Notes: generated from the letters alone by a model not told the origin. Numbered from the stretch's first letter, positions 40,527 to 50,184 are shown. The stretch: 64,000 nt of DNA from Opitutales bacterium (GCA_016286235.1 JAEESJ010000013.1:1950-65949); one strand, 5' to 3'. A program made the numbers and translations.

Positions 40527-40814
40527 ATGAACGATCATAACCAAAAGACGGCGGCGGACGTGCGCCAAATCGTGTTGGACATCATTGCCGAAATTGCTCC
40601 CGATGCGGATTTAAGCAATTTGAAAGGCGGCGTGTCGGAAGCGGATCAAGCGCCGTTGCGCGATTTGCTCGGTCTGGATTCCATGGACTTTTTGGATATC
40701 GTCATGGAACTGCGGAAGCAACATCACATCGATGTACCGGAAGCCGATTATCCGCGTTTAAATACGTTACACTCGTGCGTTGAGTATTTGTTGCCGAAAT
40801 TTAACGGAAAATAA
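40527..40814 (+). CDS. acyl carrier protein-like (second ACP)
   Basis: 95 aa. The LGLDSMDFLDIVMEL phosphopantetheine-attachment motif. Located 14 nt downstream of the KAS. Confidence 0.8.
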   Translation: MNDHNQKTAADVRQIVLDIIAEIAPDADLSNLKGGVSEADQAPLRDLLGLDSMDFLDIVMELRKQHHIDVPEADYPRLNTLHSCVEYLLPKFNGK

Positions 40815-40975
40815 CGGAACGGTATCCGACGGTAACTTGACCGTTCGGCTACAGACTTGAATTTTGCCGTCGGTTATCGGTGACAGGGTTGGAGATTTAC
40901 GAAAATCGGACGGTCGCAAGTCGATTATTCGAGGAAAGTTGAACGTTTTCTTTAGTTGCAAGAGAAGAAGTAAAT

Positions 40976-41149
40976 ATGAAATATCAAATTATATTATTTG
41001 TGATTTTATTTACGGTTGTTTGGATAATGCACAAACCTTTTGATATTCATTCTTCAAAAACTTGGATTAACAGATTTCACGAATGGCTTGAGTATGTTTT
41101 GGTGTTTCAGGGAGTGATTATTGTCAATGAATGGTTGAAATTAATTTAG
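40976..41149 (+). CDS. possible small membrane protein (57 aa)
   Basis: ATG..TAG ORF read by hand in a visibly AT-rich patch (MKYQIILFVILFTVVWIMHK...). It is below the ORF-track cutoff and has no homology support. Confidence 0.3.
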   Translation: MKYQIILFVILFTVVWIMHKPFDIHSSKTWINRFHEWLEYVLVFQGVIIVNEWLKLI

Positions 41150-41196
41150 ATTGTTTTTTCTTGTCATGTTTTTGATGTTACGCACCGAATAAGATC

Positions 41197-42066
41197 ATGG
41201 GGAAGTTCCGTTTGATTTCATTTTTCTGTCTCGAATTTGCGTGCGGTCTGTTTCGTGCGCATGCGGGCGGCATGTTTGTTGTTCAAGATGATTGTTATCT
41301 GCCGCTGTTTGAGAACAACAAAGAAATACGTTCGTTCGAAAGGGGTAAGAAAGGATGCAACTGCGATGATTTAGACACGGTATTGTTACCCGGAAGCGTC
41401 ATAGAGGTACTTGGGTACAAGGAAAACGGCATGGCGGAAGTAACATGCGAAATAGCGGAAAAAGTGAAACATAAAGGTTTTATTTATGCGTCTTTCATAA
41501 AAGATTCTTGCAAAGAGTTTTGCGAAGGAGATGTGAAACGAACGCGTTCTCCGATATCGTTGGAAAAAATTCGAAAGGTTTTTGAACGTTGTCTTTCTGA
41601 AAACGTTCCGTACTGCTGGGGTAGTAATCAATTTGAAACCGTTCCGTTGCCGGGAGTGATTTTTAAGTCCGCGGACGGAAGCACGAAACCTTACGAATTG
41701 CGCGGTTTTGATTGCTCGGGATTGTTATATTATATTTCCGATGGAACGTTGCCGCATGCCACGGGCGCATTGAAAAATTTCGGCAAGCTGCTTTTTACCG
41801 TTGAAGCGGCGAGGAGGTTGGAAGTATCGAATGAGGATTTGAAAAGAGTAGTCGCTGATTTGAAAGATACGGATTTCATCGCTATCAGAGGACACGTTAT
41901 TGTGGCATATAATAAAGGTCTTATTGAATTTCGCTCGAAGGACTTAGGTTGTTGCTTTACACCCGAAGGGAAAGCAGTACAGAGAATAACGGAACTGATT
42001 GAAGCGGCTAAGAAGAAAAACAGCGATGTTTGGTTTGTGCGTTGGCATCCGAAGTATTTGCAGTAG
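41197..42066 (+). CDS. NlpC/P60-family (C40) peptidase, secreted
   Basis: 289 aa with a signal-like N-terminus. Catalytic-Cys context GFDCSGLLYY and a downstream His (IRGHVIVAY). Confidence 0.7.
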   Translation: MGKFRLISFFCLEFACGLFRAHAGGMFVVQDDCYLPLFENNKEIRSFERGKKGCNCDDLDTVLLPGSVIEVLGYKENGMAEVTCEIAEKVKHKGFIYASFIKDSCKEFCEGDVKRTRSPISLEKIRKVFERCLSENVPYCWGSNQFETVPLPGVIFKSADGSTKPYELRGFDCSGLLYYISDGTLPHATGALKNFGKLLFTVEAARRLEVSNEDLKRVVADLKDTDFIAIRGHVIVAYNKGLIEFRSKDLGCCFTPEGKAVQRITELIEAAKKKNSDVWFVRWHPKYLQ

Positions 42067-42718
42067 GAGTAAAATAAGGTCGACAAGGATCGTGATGAAT
42101 TGCTAATGAGGGTGTTTCCTAGCCGCAATTAAAGTCCTTCAAACGGTACGGTGTCGCCTTCCGGATTTAACTCCTTCATTGACCTGTTCAGGCGAAGCAT
42201 CAGAAAATTTTCTGTTGTCTTTTTCCGTTTAACCTAAACCGCATTTGCTTTTTCTTTGATACTTCCGACAATTTTGCGCGCTTGCCGATCTTCATTTTTC
42301 TTTTAAAGTGCTTTTTCGGTGTTTTTGAAGTAATTTTATTTTCTTGCGGTACGTAGAATCGCACTGTTTCCCAGGCTAGGAATTGTGTCGTTTTAAAAAA
42401 CACTGCTCGGAGCAGATGCAACAAATTTCGGATTATCGATCCCGTTTTTCTCTTGCGTGCATTTGCTCGCATCAATCGGGATAAAAAATTACCTACTCGA
42501 AACCGCATTTGATTAAAACCAGAGACAGCTTTGAACGCGCAAATTATACGACGAAACGGAAACGGTTTTTCACAGGATTGTTTAACAACTACCAACGACG
42601 TCGTGATATACATAACCGAAAGAAGAAAAGAAAAAAGGAAACGCCCGCAACTCTGCACAATCACTACCTTAACTTTGGCAAAAACCAAACCACAAAACCG
42701 CTCTTTCCGAAAAACCTC

Positions 42719-42795
42719 TGGCGGGATGGACGAGACTCGAACTCGCGACCTCCTGCGTGACAGGCAGGCGTTCTAGCCGGCTGAACTACCACCCC
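42719..42795 (-). tRNA. tRNA-Asp (anticodon GUC)
   Basis: Hand-folded 77 nt. Acceptor GGGGTGG/CCATCCC, anticodon stem CCTGC/GCAGG with loop CTGTCAC, T-arm GCGAGTTCGAGTCTCGT, and an encoded CCA. Confidence 0.9.
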
Positions 42796-43070
42796 AGTGC
42801 CAAAACTTTACGCCCTCAACATAAGAAATAAAAATAAATGTTGTCAATGTTTTTGAAGGAAAATTTTGTGCAAAGGGAAATTTTGTACATTTCGACAGCG
42901 GACGATAAACGCCGTGTACCGGAGAGATCAAAAAATGATGCCGAAATTTCTCCGAAAGGTAATAAAACCGCGAAAATTTTCCTTGCGACAACGCCAAAAT
43001 CCCTCACAGTAGAAGTGTTCTTTTTTTGTTTAACCCTTAACCCTCACGCGGAAATGCGGGAGACACAACT

Positions 43071-44744
43071 ATGACAAACGTAATGGAAGGTCTGCTGAAG
43101 GCGGACGCTTTGAAATGCCTGCGGGCGAATAAAATTGTGAGCGGTACGATTTCCGAAATTCGTCCCGACGAAGTTGCAATCGATATCGGAGCAAAAGCGG
43201 AAGGCATTGTTCCGGCAAGTGAATTTGATAATTTGGATGAGCTTTCGGTCGGCGAGACCGTTGAGGTGTATGTGGAGCGCGTTGAAAACATCGACGGTCG
43301 TCCCGTACTTTCCTACAACAGGGCGCAACAGCAGAAGAATTGGGCAACGATTTTGGAGAAGTGCACCGAAGGCGGCGAAATTTCGGGGCGCGTGAAAGGC
43401 AAGACCAAAGGCGGTCTCATCGTGAATATCGGCGTGGATGCGTTTTTGCCGTCGTCTCAAATCGATACGCAGGCACCGCGCGATTTGGATCAGTACATCG
43501 GGCAAACGTTCGATCTGAAAATCGTCAAAATCAACAAAGAGCGCCACAACATCGTTGTTTCGCGTCGGGAATTGATTGAAACGCAACGTCAGCAAAAGCG
43601 GCAGGAGGTTTTGGATACCGTTAAAGTCGGTTCCGTCGTCAGGGGCGTTGTGAAGAGTATTACCGATTACGGCGTTTTCGTGGATTTGGACGGTCTGGAC
43701 GGCTTGGTGCACGTAACGGATATCAGCTGGAAGCGTGTCAGCCATCCGGGCGATGTTCTCAAAGTCGGCGAAGAAGTGGAGGTTGTCGTGACGGAAATCG
43801 ATCGCGAAAAAGAGCGCGTTTCGCTGAGCATGAAGAAGCTCCACGGTAATCCGTGGGACGGGATCGAAAGCAAATATCCCGTCGGTTCCAAAGTGCGCGG
43901 AAAGGTCACAAACCTGACGCAATACGGTGCGTTCGTTGAGCTGGAAGAAGGCGTTGAGGGGCTGGTGCACCTGACTGAATTTTCCTGGATTAAGCACGTC
44001 AGCAAACCGGGTGAAGTGCTCAAAGTCGGCGACGAGGTGGATGTCGTGGTGTTGGAAATCAAGAAGGACGAACAACGCATTTCCCTCGGTATTAAGCAAC
44101 TGACCGACAATCCGTGGGATATGGCGGCGCACAATTATCCCGTCGGCGCACGCGTGCACGGACAGGTGCGGAACCTGACGAATTACGGTGCTTTCATCGG
44201 GTTGGAAGAAGGCATTGACGGAATGGTGCACGTTTCGGACATGAGCTGGACGCGAAAAATTAACCACCCGAGCGAGCTTCTTAAAAAAGGCGACGAAGTG
44301 GATGCGATTGTATTGGAATGCGATCCGTCGAACCAGCGTATTTCTTTGGGCATTAAACAACTGACCGATGATCCGTGGGCGGTGGTTGACACGATGTACA
44401 AAATCGGGGATATCGTTAAAGGGAAAGTTACAAAAGTTGCTTCCTTCGGTTTGTTTGTCGAGCTGGAGAACGGCATCGAAGCTCTCGTGCACATCAGCCA
44501 GGTCAGCGAAGAGCGCGTCGAAAAGTTGCAAGATCACTTCAAGGCAGGCGATATCGTTGAAGCACGCATCGTAAAGATCGATAAGGCGGAACGTCGATTG
44601 GGGCTTTCCATTAAAGCGGCGAAATATGACGAAGCGCGTTTGGCGGAAGAAATCAAGCAGTACGAAACGATTTCGGCAGATCGGGAGCTGAATAACGCCA
44701 TTGGTGAGGCTTTTGCGAGGGCGGAACGGGAAAGTTCCAAGTAG
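43071..44744 (+). CDS. rpsA: 30S ribosomal protein S1
   Basis: 557 aa with six tandem S1 (OB-fold) repeats, each containing a G.V......GAFV.L..G..GL.H.S-type motif. Confidence 0.93.
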   Translation: MTNVMEGLLKADALKCLRANKIVSGTISEIRPDEVAIDIGAKAEGIVPASEFDNLDELSVGETVEVYVERVENIDGRPVLSYNRAQQQKNWATILEKCTEGGEISGRVKGKTKGGLIVNIGVDAFLPSSQIDTQAPRDLDQYIGQTFDLKIVKINKERHNIVVSRRELIETQRQQKRQEVLDTVKVGSVVRGVVKSITDYGVFVDLDGLDGLVHVTDISWKRVSHPGDVLKVGEEVEVVVTEIDREKERVSLSMKKLHGNPWDGIESKYPVGSKVRGKVTNLTQYGAFVELEEGVEGLVHLTEFSWIKHVSKPGEVLKVGDEVDVVVLEIKKDEQRISLGIKQLTDNPWDMAAHNYPVGARVHGQVRNLTNYGAFIGLEEGIDGMVHVSDMSWTRKINHPSELLKKGDEVDAIVLECDPSNQRISLGIKQLTDDPWAVVDTMYKIGDIVKGKVTKVASFGLFVELENGIEALVHISQVSEERVEKLQDHFKAGDIVEARIVKIDKAERRLGLSIKAAKYDEARLAEEIKQYETISADRELNNAIGEAFARAERESSK

Positions 44745-45200
44745 GTCGCTTCCGAACAAGGCGCGGATGCAGTCGGGTGGAACAATCTCGATGCGTCGCG
44801 TACTTGGGCGAAGGTGTGTATCGGTAACGGGTGTGTTAAGGTTCTCCCTCTTCGTTTTTGTTAACGAAACAATGACAACAAAGGCGTTTTTTACCCGAGA
44901 AGCATCGCGGCTTGATTTCTTGTAGACTTGTTTTCTTGTAGTGATGATGCCTTTAAAGGAGAGGTTTATTCGTAAGAAAAAGGGCGATTATTGTGCTTAC
45001 GGTGGGACAAATGTACGTTGTTTTTGAGAGAACGGATGCAATACGGGAACGTCGGATGTGTTTATGGTTTCGCTTTATGTAAGATTGAAAAATGTGCCGT
45101 GAGGGAAAATTCGATGCTTCTTTTCTCGGGGCGTTTTTTTCGTTTTCGCTTCGAGAATAAAACGGAAGAGGGGGCGCGTTTTTTTGATTATCTTTAAAAC

Positions 45201-47054
45201 ATGGAGAAATTGACGAGTTCTTTGAAGCCTTTTGTTGTTTTACTGCTGAAAATCGGCGTTTATTTCTTTTGCCTGTCGGCGAGTTTGGTACTCGCCTATA
45301 ATTTAAAGTACGGTTTTCTTATTCCCGATACTGTCCAGCAAACGATGTGGCAAACGGTCGGTTGGCTGGTGAGTCTGAAAATTATCATCCTGGTACTCAT
45401 CGGTGAATTTAAGGGCATTTTTTCCTATTTCCGTCTGCCGGATTTATTCAAAATCATTGTCTGTTTTGTAGCCGTTTCGGCGGGGCTCGCCGTGTGTCAC
45501 TACTTCATTCGAGCGCCGTGGTTGCCGGGGCGGGATATTCTCATTGCCGATTTACTGTTTTCGATACTGTTTATTTTTTTCTTTCGGGCGAGTTTGCGCA
45601 TTTTAAATACCTCCTTTTTCTCCGCATCCTCTGCGGGCAACGTTGCGCACGAAAAAATGAAAGTCGCCGTCATCGGAACCGATGAAGCGGCATCGCAAAT
45701 TATCTCCAATCTGAAAACAAATCACCTGTGCAACATGCAACCGATCGCGGCTCTGGACGACAATCCAAAATATCACGGTCGAAAGCTACATGGCGTACCC
45801 GTTGTCGGAACGCCGGAACGATTGAGCGATTTGGCGGAACGGCAGGATCTTCAAGGGGTGATTTTCACGGGCAATTTGTCGCAAAAACGATTTTCCGAAT
45901 GTGTGCAGCTGGCGCAGTCGCTTCATTTGAAGGTTTTTAATGTGCCGTCGCTCGGCGAATTTTTAAACGGTCGCGCGTTTGCTTCCAAACTGCGTCCGTT
46001 GGAAATTGAAGATTTTTTGGCGCGCGATCCCATTCGCCTGAATACGGAGGAAAGCACGAAGCAAATCGAAGGAAAAGTCGTTTTCATAACGGGTGCCGGC
46101 GGCTCCATCGGAAGCGAATTATCCCTGCAGATTGCCAAAAAACATCCAAAAGCCCTGGTTCTTATCGACCATTGCGAATATAATTTATTTAAAATACAGC
46201 AAACTTTATTGGCACAAGGGTATGCCTGCGAACCCGTTTTGCTGAACATCACGCATCGTGAGTCGTTGCGCGCTTGTTTTGAGAAATTTAAGCCGCATTA
46301 CGTTTTTCATGCCGCCGCCTACAAACATGTACCTCTGTTGGAAAATCAGGCGTTGACCGCCGTGCAGAACAATGTTGGCGGAACCCTTCTGTTGGGACTT
46401 TATGCCACCGAATACGGCGTTGAAAAGTTCGTTCTGGTTTCGACGGATAAAGCGGTGCATCCCTCGAACACCATGGGCGCAACAAAACGCATTTGCGAAA
46501 TGCTCTGCATAGCGTTGCAACAGCGTTCGGGAAACATAACACAATTTATGGCGGTTCGCTTCGGAAACGTGCTCGGATCCGCGGGAAGCGTTTTACCGAC
46601 GTTTAAGGAACAGATTGCCCGCGGCGGTCCCGTCACGGTGACGCACCCGGATATGACGCGCTATTTCATGACCATTCCAGAAGCGGTGAGTTTAATTTTG
46701 GAAGCATTCACGTTTAAAGACGGCGACGGGAAGATTTATATCCTGGATATGGGGCAGCCGGTTAAAGTTTTGGATATTGCCAAACGCATGATTGAATTGA
46801 GCGGTGCAGCTGATGTTCCCATTGTTTTTACGGGCATCCGTCCCGGCGAAAAATTGCACGAAGAACTGTTCGGTGATATGACTTCTCTCGTTTCCACAAG
46901 CCATCAACTGGTGAATGTTTATAAAGAAGATACGTCGTATGTTTCAAAGTTGGAGTCTGTAGAAAGTTATTTGGATGCTATTCAGGAGTTGAAAACCGAA
47001 GAGGAGGCGTTGAGGTTTATTCGGGGGTTTATTAAGGAGTTCAAGAATTCTTGA
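45201..47054 (+). CDS. polysaccharide biosynthesis protein, CapD/PglF/WbpM-type NDP-sugar 4,6-dehydratase
   Basis: 617 aa. An N-terminal 4-TM region, then VFITGAGGSIGSEL (Rossmann fold), YKHVPL and RFGNVLGSAGSV motifs. Confidence 0.85.
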   Translation: MEKLTSSLKPFVVLLLKIGVYFFCLSASLVLAYNLKYGFLIPDTVQQTMWQTVGWLVSLKIIILVLIGEFKGIFSYFRLPDLFKIIVCFVAVSAGLAVCHYFIRAPWLPGRDILIADLLFSILFIFFFRASLRILNTSFFSASSAGNVAHEKMKVAVIGTDEAASQIISNLKTNHLCNMQPIAALDDNPKYHGRKLHGVPVVGTPERLSDLAERQDLQGVIFTGNLSQKRFSECVQLAQSLHLKVFNVPSLGEFLNGRAFASKLRPLEIEDFLARDPIRLNTEESTKQIEGKVVFITGAGGSIGSELSLQIAKKHPKALVLIDHCEYNLFKIQQTLLAQGYACEPVLLNITHRESLRACFEKFKPHYVFHAAAYKHVPLLENQALTAVQNNVGGTLLLGLYATEYGVEKFVLVSTDKAVHPSNTMGATKRICEMLCIALQQRSGNITQFMAVRFGNVLGSAGSVLPTFKEQIARGGPVTVTHPDMTRYFMTIPEAVSLILEAFTFKDGDGKIYILDMGQPVKVLDIAKRMIELSGAADVPIVFTGIRPGEKLHEELFGDMTSLVSTSHQLVNVYKEDTSYVSKLESVESYLDAIQELKTEEEALRFIRGFIKEFKNS

Positions 47055-47398
47055 GTCTTTAGGGTTATATTTGAAAATTGTAGATGTATCGCCCCCGACG
47101 GCATGCTGTTTTTTTGGTCAATCAGTCGTTGGATTTCGTTGTGGATTTCTTCCTGCTTTCGGTTTTTCTCTTCCCACAGTATCTCATAGTATCCCTGAAC
47201 GGCTTCCATATCGTAATCGATGACGTTTTTGCCTTTCGGGTCTTTCCGCGTCATTAAAAAGACGCTTTCTTCATCCTTGGCTTTTTTCTTTAAGTAGTGC
47301 GCCTTCGCTTCCGTTGTGTCATACGCACGATTGAACGGTACGGGTTGCGCCTGCCGTTGCGCATGACGTATAAGAAAATCCAAATTAAACAACTGCAT
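46982..47398 (-). CDS. hypothetical protein (remnant gene P6)
   Basis: 138 aa. The last ~24 codons run antisense through the 3' end of the capD-like gene. This suggests the native C-terminus was lost at the element boundary. Confidence 0.45.
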   Translation of the reverse strand: MQLFNLDFLIRHAQRQAQPVPFNRAYDTTEAKAHYLKKKAKDEESVFLMTRKDPKGKNVIDYDMEAVQGYYEILWEEKNRKQEEIHNEIQRLIDQKNSMPSGAIHLQFSNITLKTQEFLNSLINPRINLNASSSVFNS

Positions 47399-47903
47399 AC
47401 AGGTTTCCTAATCCTTCTTCCAACTCTTCGGCGTCATTGCGTTCCACGAGCTCGGCAAACTGCCGCGCCGCATTGATACGTTCGTCAACGGATTTTGCTT
47501 TAACGCTTCCGATGCCCATTTTCGCCATCTCTTTATCGAGAGCCGCCTTGTCTCTTTCCAGTTGCGCTTTGAGTAAGCTTTCATTTGCCCGTAAGGCGTT
47601 TTGTTGTGCCTGTTGTTCGCGCATGAGACGTTTGCGTTCCGCTTCAGACGTCCCTGCCGAATAACCCGCCATCGCTCCGGCAATCCCCGCATACAGCGTT
47701 GATTTCGCCATTTCCGTACCGAATACGGAAACCGTAATGCCGGTCGCACCCGCACCGCCTGCCACGAAACCGCCGATACCGCCCGTTGCTCCACCGAATA
47801 ATGCGCCTTTGAGCGGGTCGCCGCCTTTAATTGCCGCAACGGTTGCGCCCGTTGCCGCGCCAACCGCCATGCCGATACCGATGGTTACAGGATCGAAACC
47901 CAT
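47385..47903 (-). CDS. glycine-zipper membrane protein with coiled-coil C-terminus (P5)
   Basis: 172 aa. The N-terminal ~95 aa are G/A-rich (GMAVGAATGATVAAIKGG...GGATGGIGGFVAGGAGATG). They are followed by a charged helical region (AERKRLMREQQAQQNALRANE...). Confidence 0.55.
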   Translation of the reverse strand: MGFDPVTIGIGMAVGAATGATVAAIKGGDPLKGALFGGATGGIGGFVAGGAGATGITVSVFGTEMAKSTLYAGIAGAMAGYSAGTSEAERKRLMREQQAQQNALRANESLLKAQLERDKAALDKEMAKMGIGSVKAKSVDERINAARQFAELVERNDAEELEEGLGNLYAVV

Positions 47904-47919
47904 CAGTCGTCACCTTCCG

Positions 47920-48342
47920 TTAACGCCAAAAAGCCTCATCGTCTTCAACAGTCGGCTCTTCGGCAATTTGCTTCGGCAGTTCGGCGATTTGCCCGAACAT
48001 GCGGAACAGATACGAAACGTACTTTTTAAAATCAATCCTGTCCCAAATGTTGGCATCTTCCAGCCACATGCGGGAATAACTCTTCGCTTCTTCGTTGCAA
48101 CGAATAAAATGCTCTTTCGGGTTATTGCCGTGAATACCGAGCCACCGATTGATAAGATCTTCCGTCAGATTGTGTTTCATCAGCAATCCGAACCAGGGAA
48201 AGCGTTTCAGCGTGAGTTCATCCATGGTCAGCACTTTTATTTCTCCTTTCGCGAATGCGACCAAATCATTGCCGTATTCTTCCTTGTAACGAGTACTGAG
48301 CGAAACCAGCCTGACATCAACACTCTCGTGCTCTTTCGACAC
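47920..48342 (-). CDS. hypothetical protein (P4)
   Basis: 140-aa ORF, tightly spaced in the co-directional block. Confidence 0.5.
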   Translation of the reverse strand: MSKEHESVDVRLVSLSTRYKEEYGNDLVAFAKGEIKVLTMDELTLKRFPWFGLLMKHNLTEDLINRWLGIHGNNPKEHFIRCNEEAKSYSRMWLEDANIWDRIDFKKYVSYLFRMFGQIAELPKQIAEEPTVEDDEAFWR

Positions 48343-48351
48343 ATTTTCGAA

Positions 48352-48849
48352 TTACTCTTTTTTGACTTTTTCTTTTAAAAGAGCGTCGACTTCTTTGCGC
48401 TTTTGGATAATCTTTTCCAGCACCGCTTTCTGTTTTTCGCGGTATTCAAGCAACTGTTCGAAACGCTTCACGACGGTATCGCTCAACGCAAGAACGGTTC
48501 CCGACGCGTCAACGGCACCGCCCCATTGTTTCAAAGCGTCAATGACGGGCGTAAGCTGTGCGTTTTGCTTCTCAAAGCTTTCCAAGATTTGCTTATGCCG
48601 CTCCACAACTCCGTTGACCGCCCAAATCAAAGCCGTCAAATACGGCGTCAGTTCTTCCGTCGTGCATCCGATTTGCGCGCTTTGAAGAAAACGCTTATCG
48701 GCTATCAAGACCTTGACGTTGTTGTTGTGTTTTTCGGTCGTGTCGTCTTTGATGTGCCCTTTAAAGGCATCGTTCATCTTTTCAATCACCTGAACGGCAT
48801 TGACGCCCTGTGCGTCAATCTTCGGTAGGTCTGTTACGTTGATACTCAT
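48352..48849 (-). CDS. hypothetical helical protein (P3)
   Basis: 165-aa ORF with a K/E-rich coiled-coil C-terminus. Confidence 0.5.
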   Translation of the reverse strand: MSINVTDLPKIDAQGVNAVQVIEKMNDAFKGHIKDDTTEKHNNNVKVLIADKRFLQSAQIGCTTEELTPYLTALIWAVNGVVERHKQILESFEKQNAQLTPVIDALKQWGGAVDASGTVLALSDTVVKRFEQLLEYREKQKAVLEKIIQKRKEVDALLKEKVKKE

Positions 48850-48867
48850 ATTATCCCTTTAAATAAT

Positions 48868-49110
48868 TCAAACAAACAACAATGCGACGATTGCCGCCGA
48901 ATATAACAACACCTGCGGTAAATCGCGCCGCCGCCAGTTATACACCAGCAGACCGCACGCACCGCATAAACTCACGGGAAGCCAAAGAAACGGAAAATGA
49001 TTGAGTTTCAACCCCATCCCGACAATCGCGATTACCGCCACGAAATACCCGAAGTTTTTCGTACGGCACAATTCCTCCAAAAACTTGATGAATGCTTTTA
49101 TTTTTTCCAT
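48868..49110 (-). CDS. small 2-TM membrane protein (P2, holin-like topology)
   Basis: 80 aa with two hydrophobic segments (FGYFVAVIAIVGMGL and WLPVSLCGACGLLVY) plus a third hydrophobic tail. Confidence 0.5.
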   Translation of the reverse strand: MEKIKAFIKFLEELCRTKNFGYFVAVIAIVGMGLKLNHFPFLWLPVSLCGACGLLVYNWRRRDLPQVLLYSAAIVALLFV

Positions 49111-49535
49111 GCTACTTGTTCAATTTTCTTTTCGTTACGCGACGGTTCTTCCAATGGCCCCTCTAAATGTTCATCCTGTTGCTCTTCAAGTTGAACCGTG
49201 AGTTGCTTTTCCAGAATTTTGTCCGTAATGCGTAATTGTTCGTTCCGAAGATGTTTTATGTTTTGCCACATAAGCAACGCATCCTGTCCCTGTTTCGTGA
49301 TTTTCGAAAGCTGTTCAACGATCTGCAACAGCTTTTCATAGTTTTCTTTTGCCGTTATATACTCGGGATCCGTAAGGTTTCCGTCCTGCATGAGCATTAA
49401 CTGTTCTTTTACCAGTCCGTATTCAAGCGTGAGGCTTTTGGAAATGCTCTGCTTCCTGTAAATCACATCGCGCAACCTGTCGGTAATATATCCCTGCTGT
49501 ATTGAAGACTGTTTTGCGTTCAGCGACGACGACAC
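49098..49535 (-). CDS. hypothetical coiled-coil protein (P1, start uncertain)
   Basis: 145-aa ORF with a GTG start only 4 nt from the divergent terminase fragment. Its 5' part is antisense to sequence that still reads like terminase, so the true start may be an internal Met. Confidence 0.4.
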   Translation of the reverse strand: MSSSLNAKQSSIQQGYITDRLRDVIYRKQSISKSLTLEYGLVKEQLMLMQDGNLTDPEYITAKENYEKLLQIVEQLSKITKQGQDALLMWQNIKHLRNEQLRITDKILEKQLTVQLEEQQDEHLEGPLEEPSRNEKKIEQVAWKK

Positions 49536-49539
49536 TTAT

Positions 49540-50184
49540 GTGTTTGATTTCCTGCTGATTGAGAAAGCCGTGCAGACGTTCCCTGTCGCAAACCGCGACT
49601 GTCGGCTTATTCTCGGGATTGACCCCGCGCGCAAAAACGACAACATCGCCATGGTGTGGCGGCGCGGGCAGAACGTTGAAAAGATTGTCTGTTTCAAACC
49701 GCCCTGCGGGGACGACCGCAAAACCGCGGACGAGCTCATCTGGGAACGAATTGCACGGGAAATCCGCAACCTTTTCCCCGATGACATTTATGTCGATGTC
49801 GGCGGTATCGGCGGAAATGTGCCGTATATTCTGCGGTCACTCGGCATCAACACCTACATACATGAGGTTTATTTCAACGAAAGCCCCGAGGACAAAAGCG
49901 CGTATCACGACAAACGCGCCGAAATGTACGCCTACGCGAAAGCGTGGCTGAAACGCGGGGCGCATCTCCCGAACGATGAGGCATTTCTCAAAGAACTGCG
50001 GATGATTAAGTACAATCCGAACAGCCCGAAATTCCGCCTGGTGGAAAAATCGGAAATTAAAAAGAACCTGAAACATTCACCCGATATTGCCGACGCTTTC
50101 ACACTGACGTTCCCGTATGAAAGAGATTACGATGCTTATTCGCCGCCCATGCGGCTCGTGTGCGAGAACCGCATATTTGAGTGA
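49540..50184 (+). pseudogene. phage terminase large subunit, C-terminal nuclease domain only
   Basis: LILGIDPARKNDNIAMV..., IYVDVGGIGGNV..., YHDKRAEMYAYAKAWL... and KHSPDIADAFTLTF match the RNase-H-like terminase nuclease half. No ATPase (Walker A) half is present upstream. An in-frame stop lies at 49459-49461. Confidence 0.7.

Noticed and set aside
42200-42688. 162-aa basic ORF next to tRNA-Asp, considered as an integrase remnant
   Set aside because: It has no tyrosine- or serine-recombinase motifs (no R..H.R.Y pattern). Its sequence is low-complexity and K/R/F-rich. The internal QMRFR duplication is explained by a 12-nt DNA repeat.
43044-44759. 571-aa ORF on the minus strand
   Set aside because: It is exactly antisense to the well-supported six-domain rpsA gene. 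Its sequence is repetitive and low-complexity, mirroring the S1 repeats. It is a shadow ORF.
47058-47065. TTTAGGGT at the left edge and its complement ACCCTAAA at 54733-54740, considered as possible element termini (inverted repeat)
   Set aside because: The match is only 8 bp in AT-rich DNA, which is compatible with chance. No longer direct or inverted repeats or tRNA-derived att sequences were found at the remnant edges.
47385-47903. The glycine-rich P5 protein as evidence for an integrated Microviridae (gokushovirus) pilot protein
   Set aside because: No major capsid or replication-initiator genes typical of microviruses are present. The neighbouring terminase and ERF fragments point to a tailed-phage origin. 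The similarity is architectural only.
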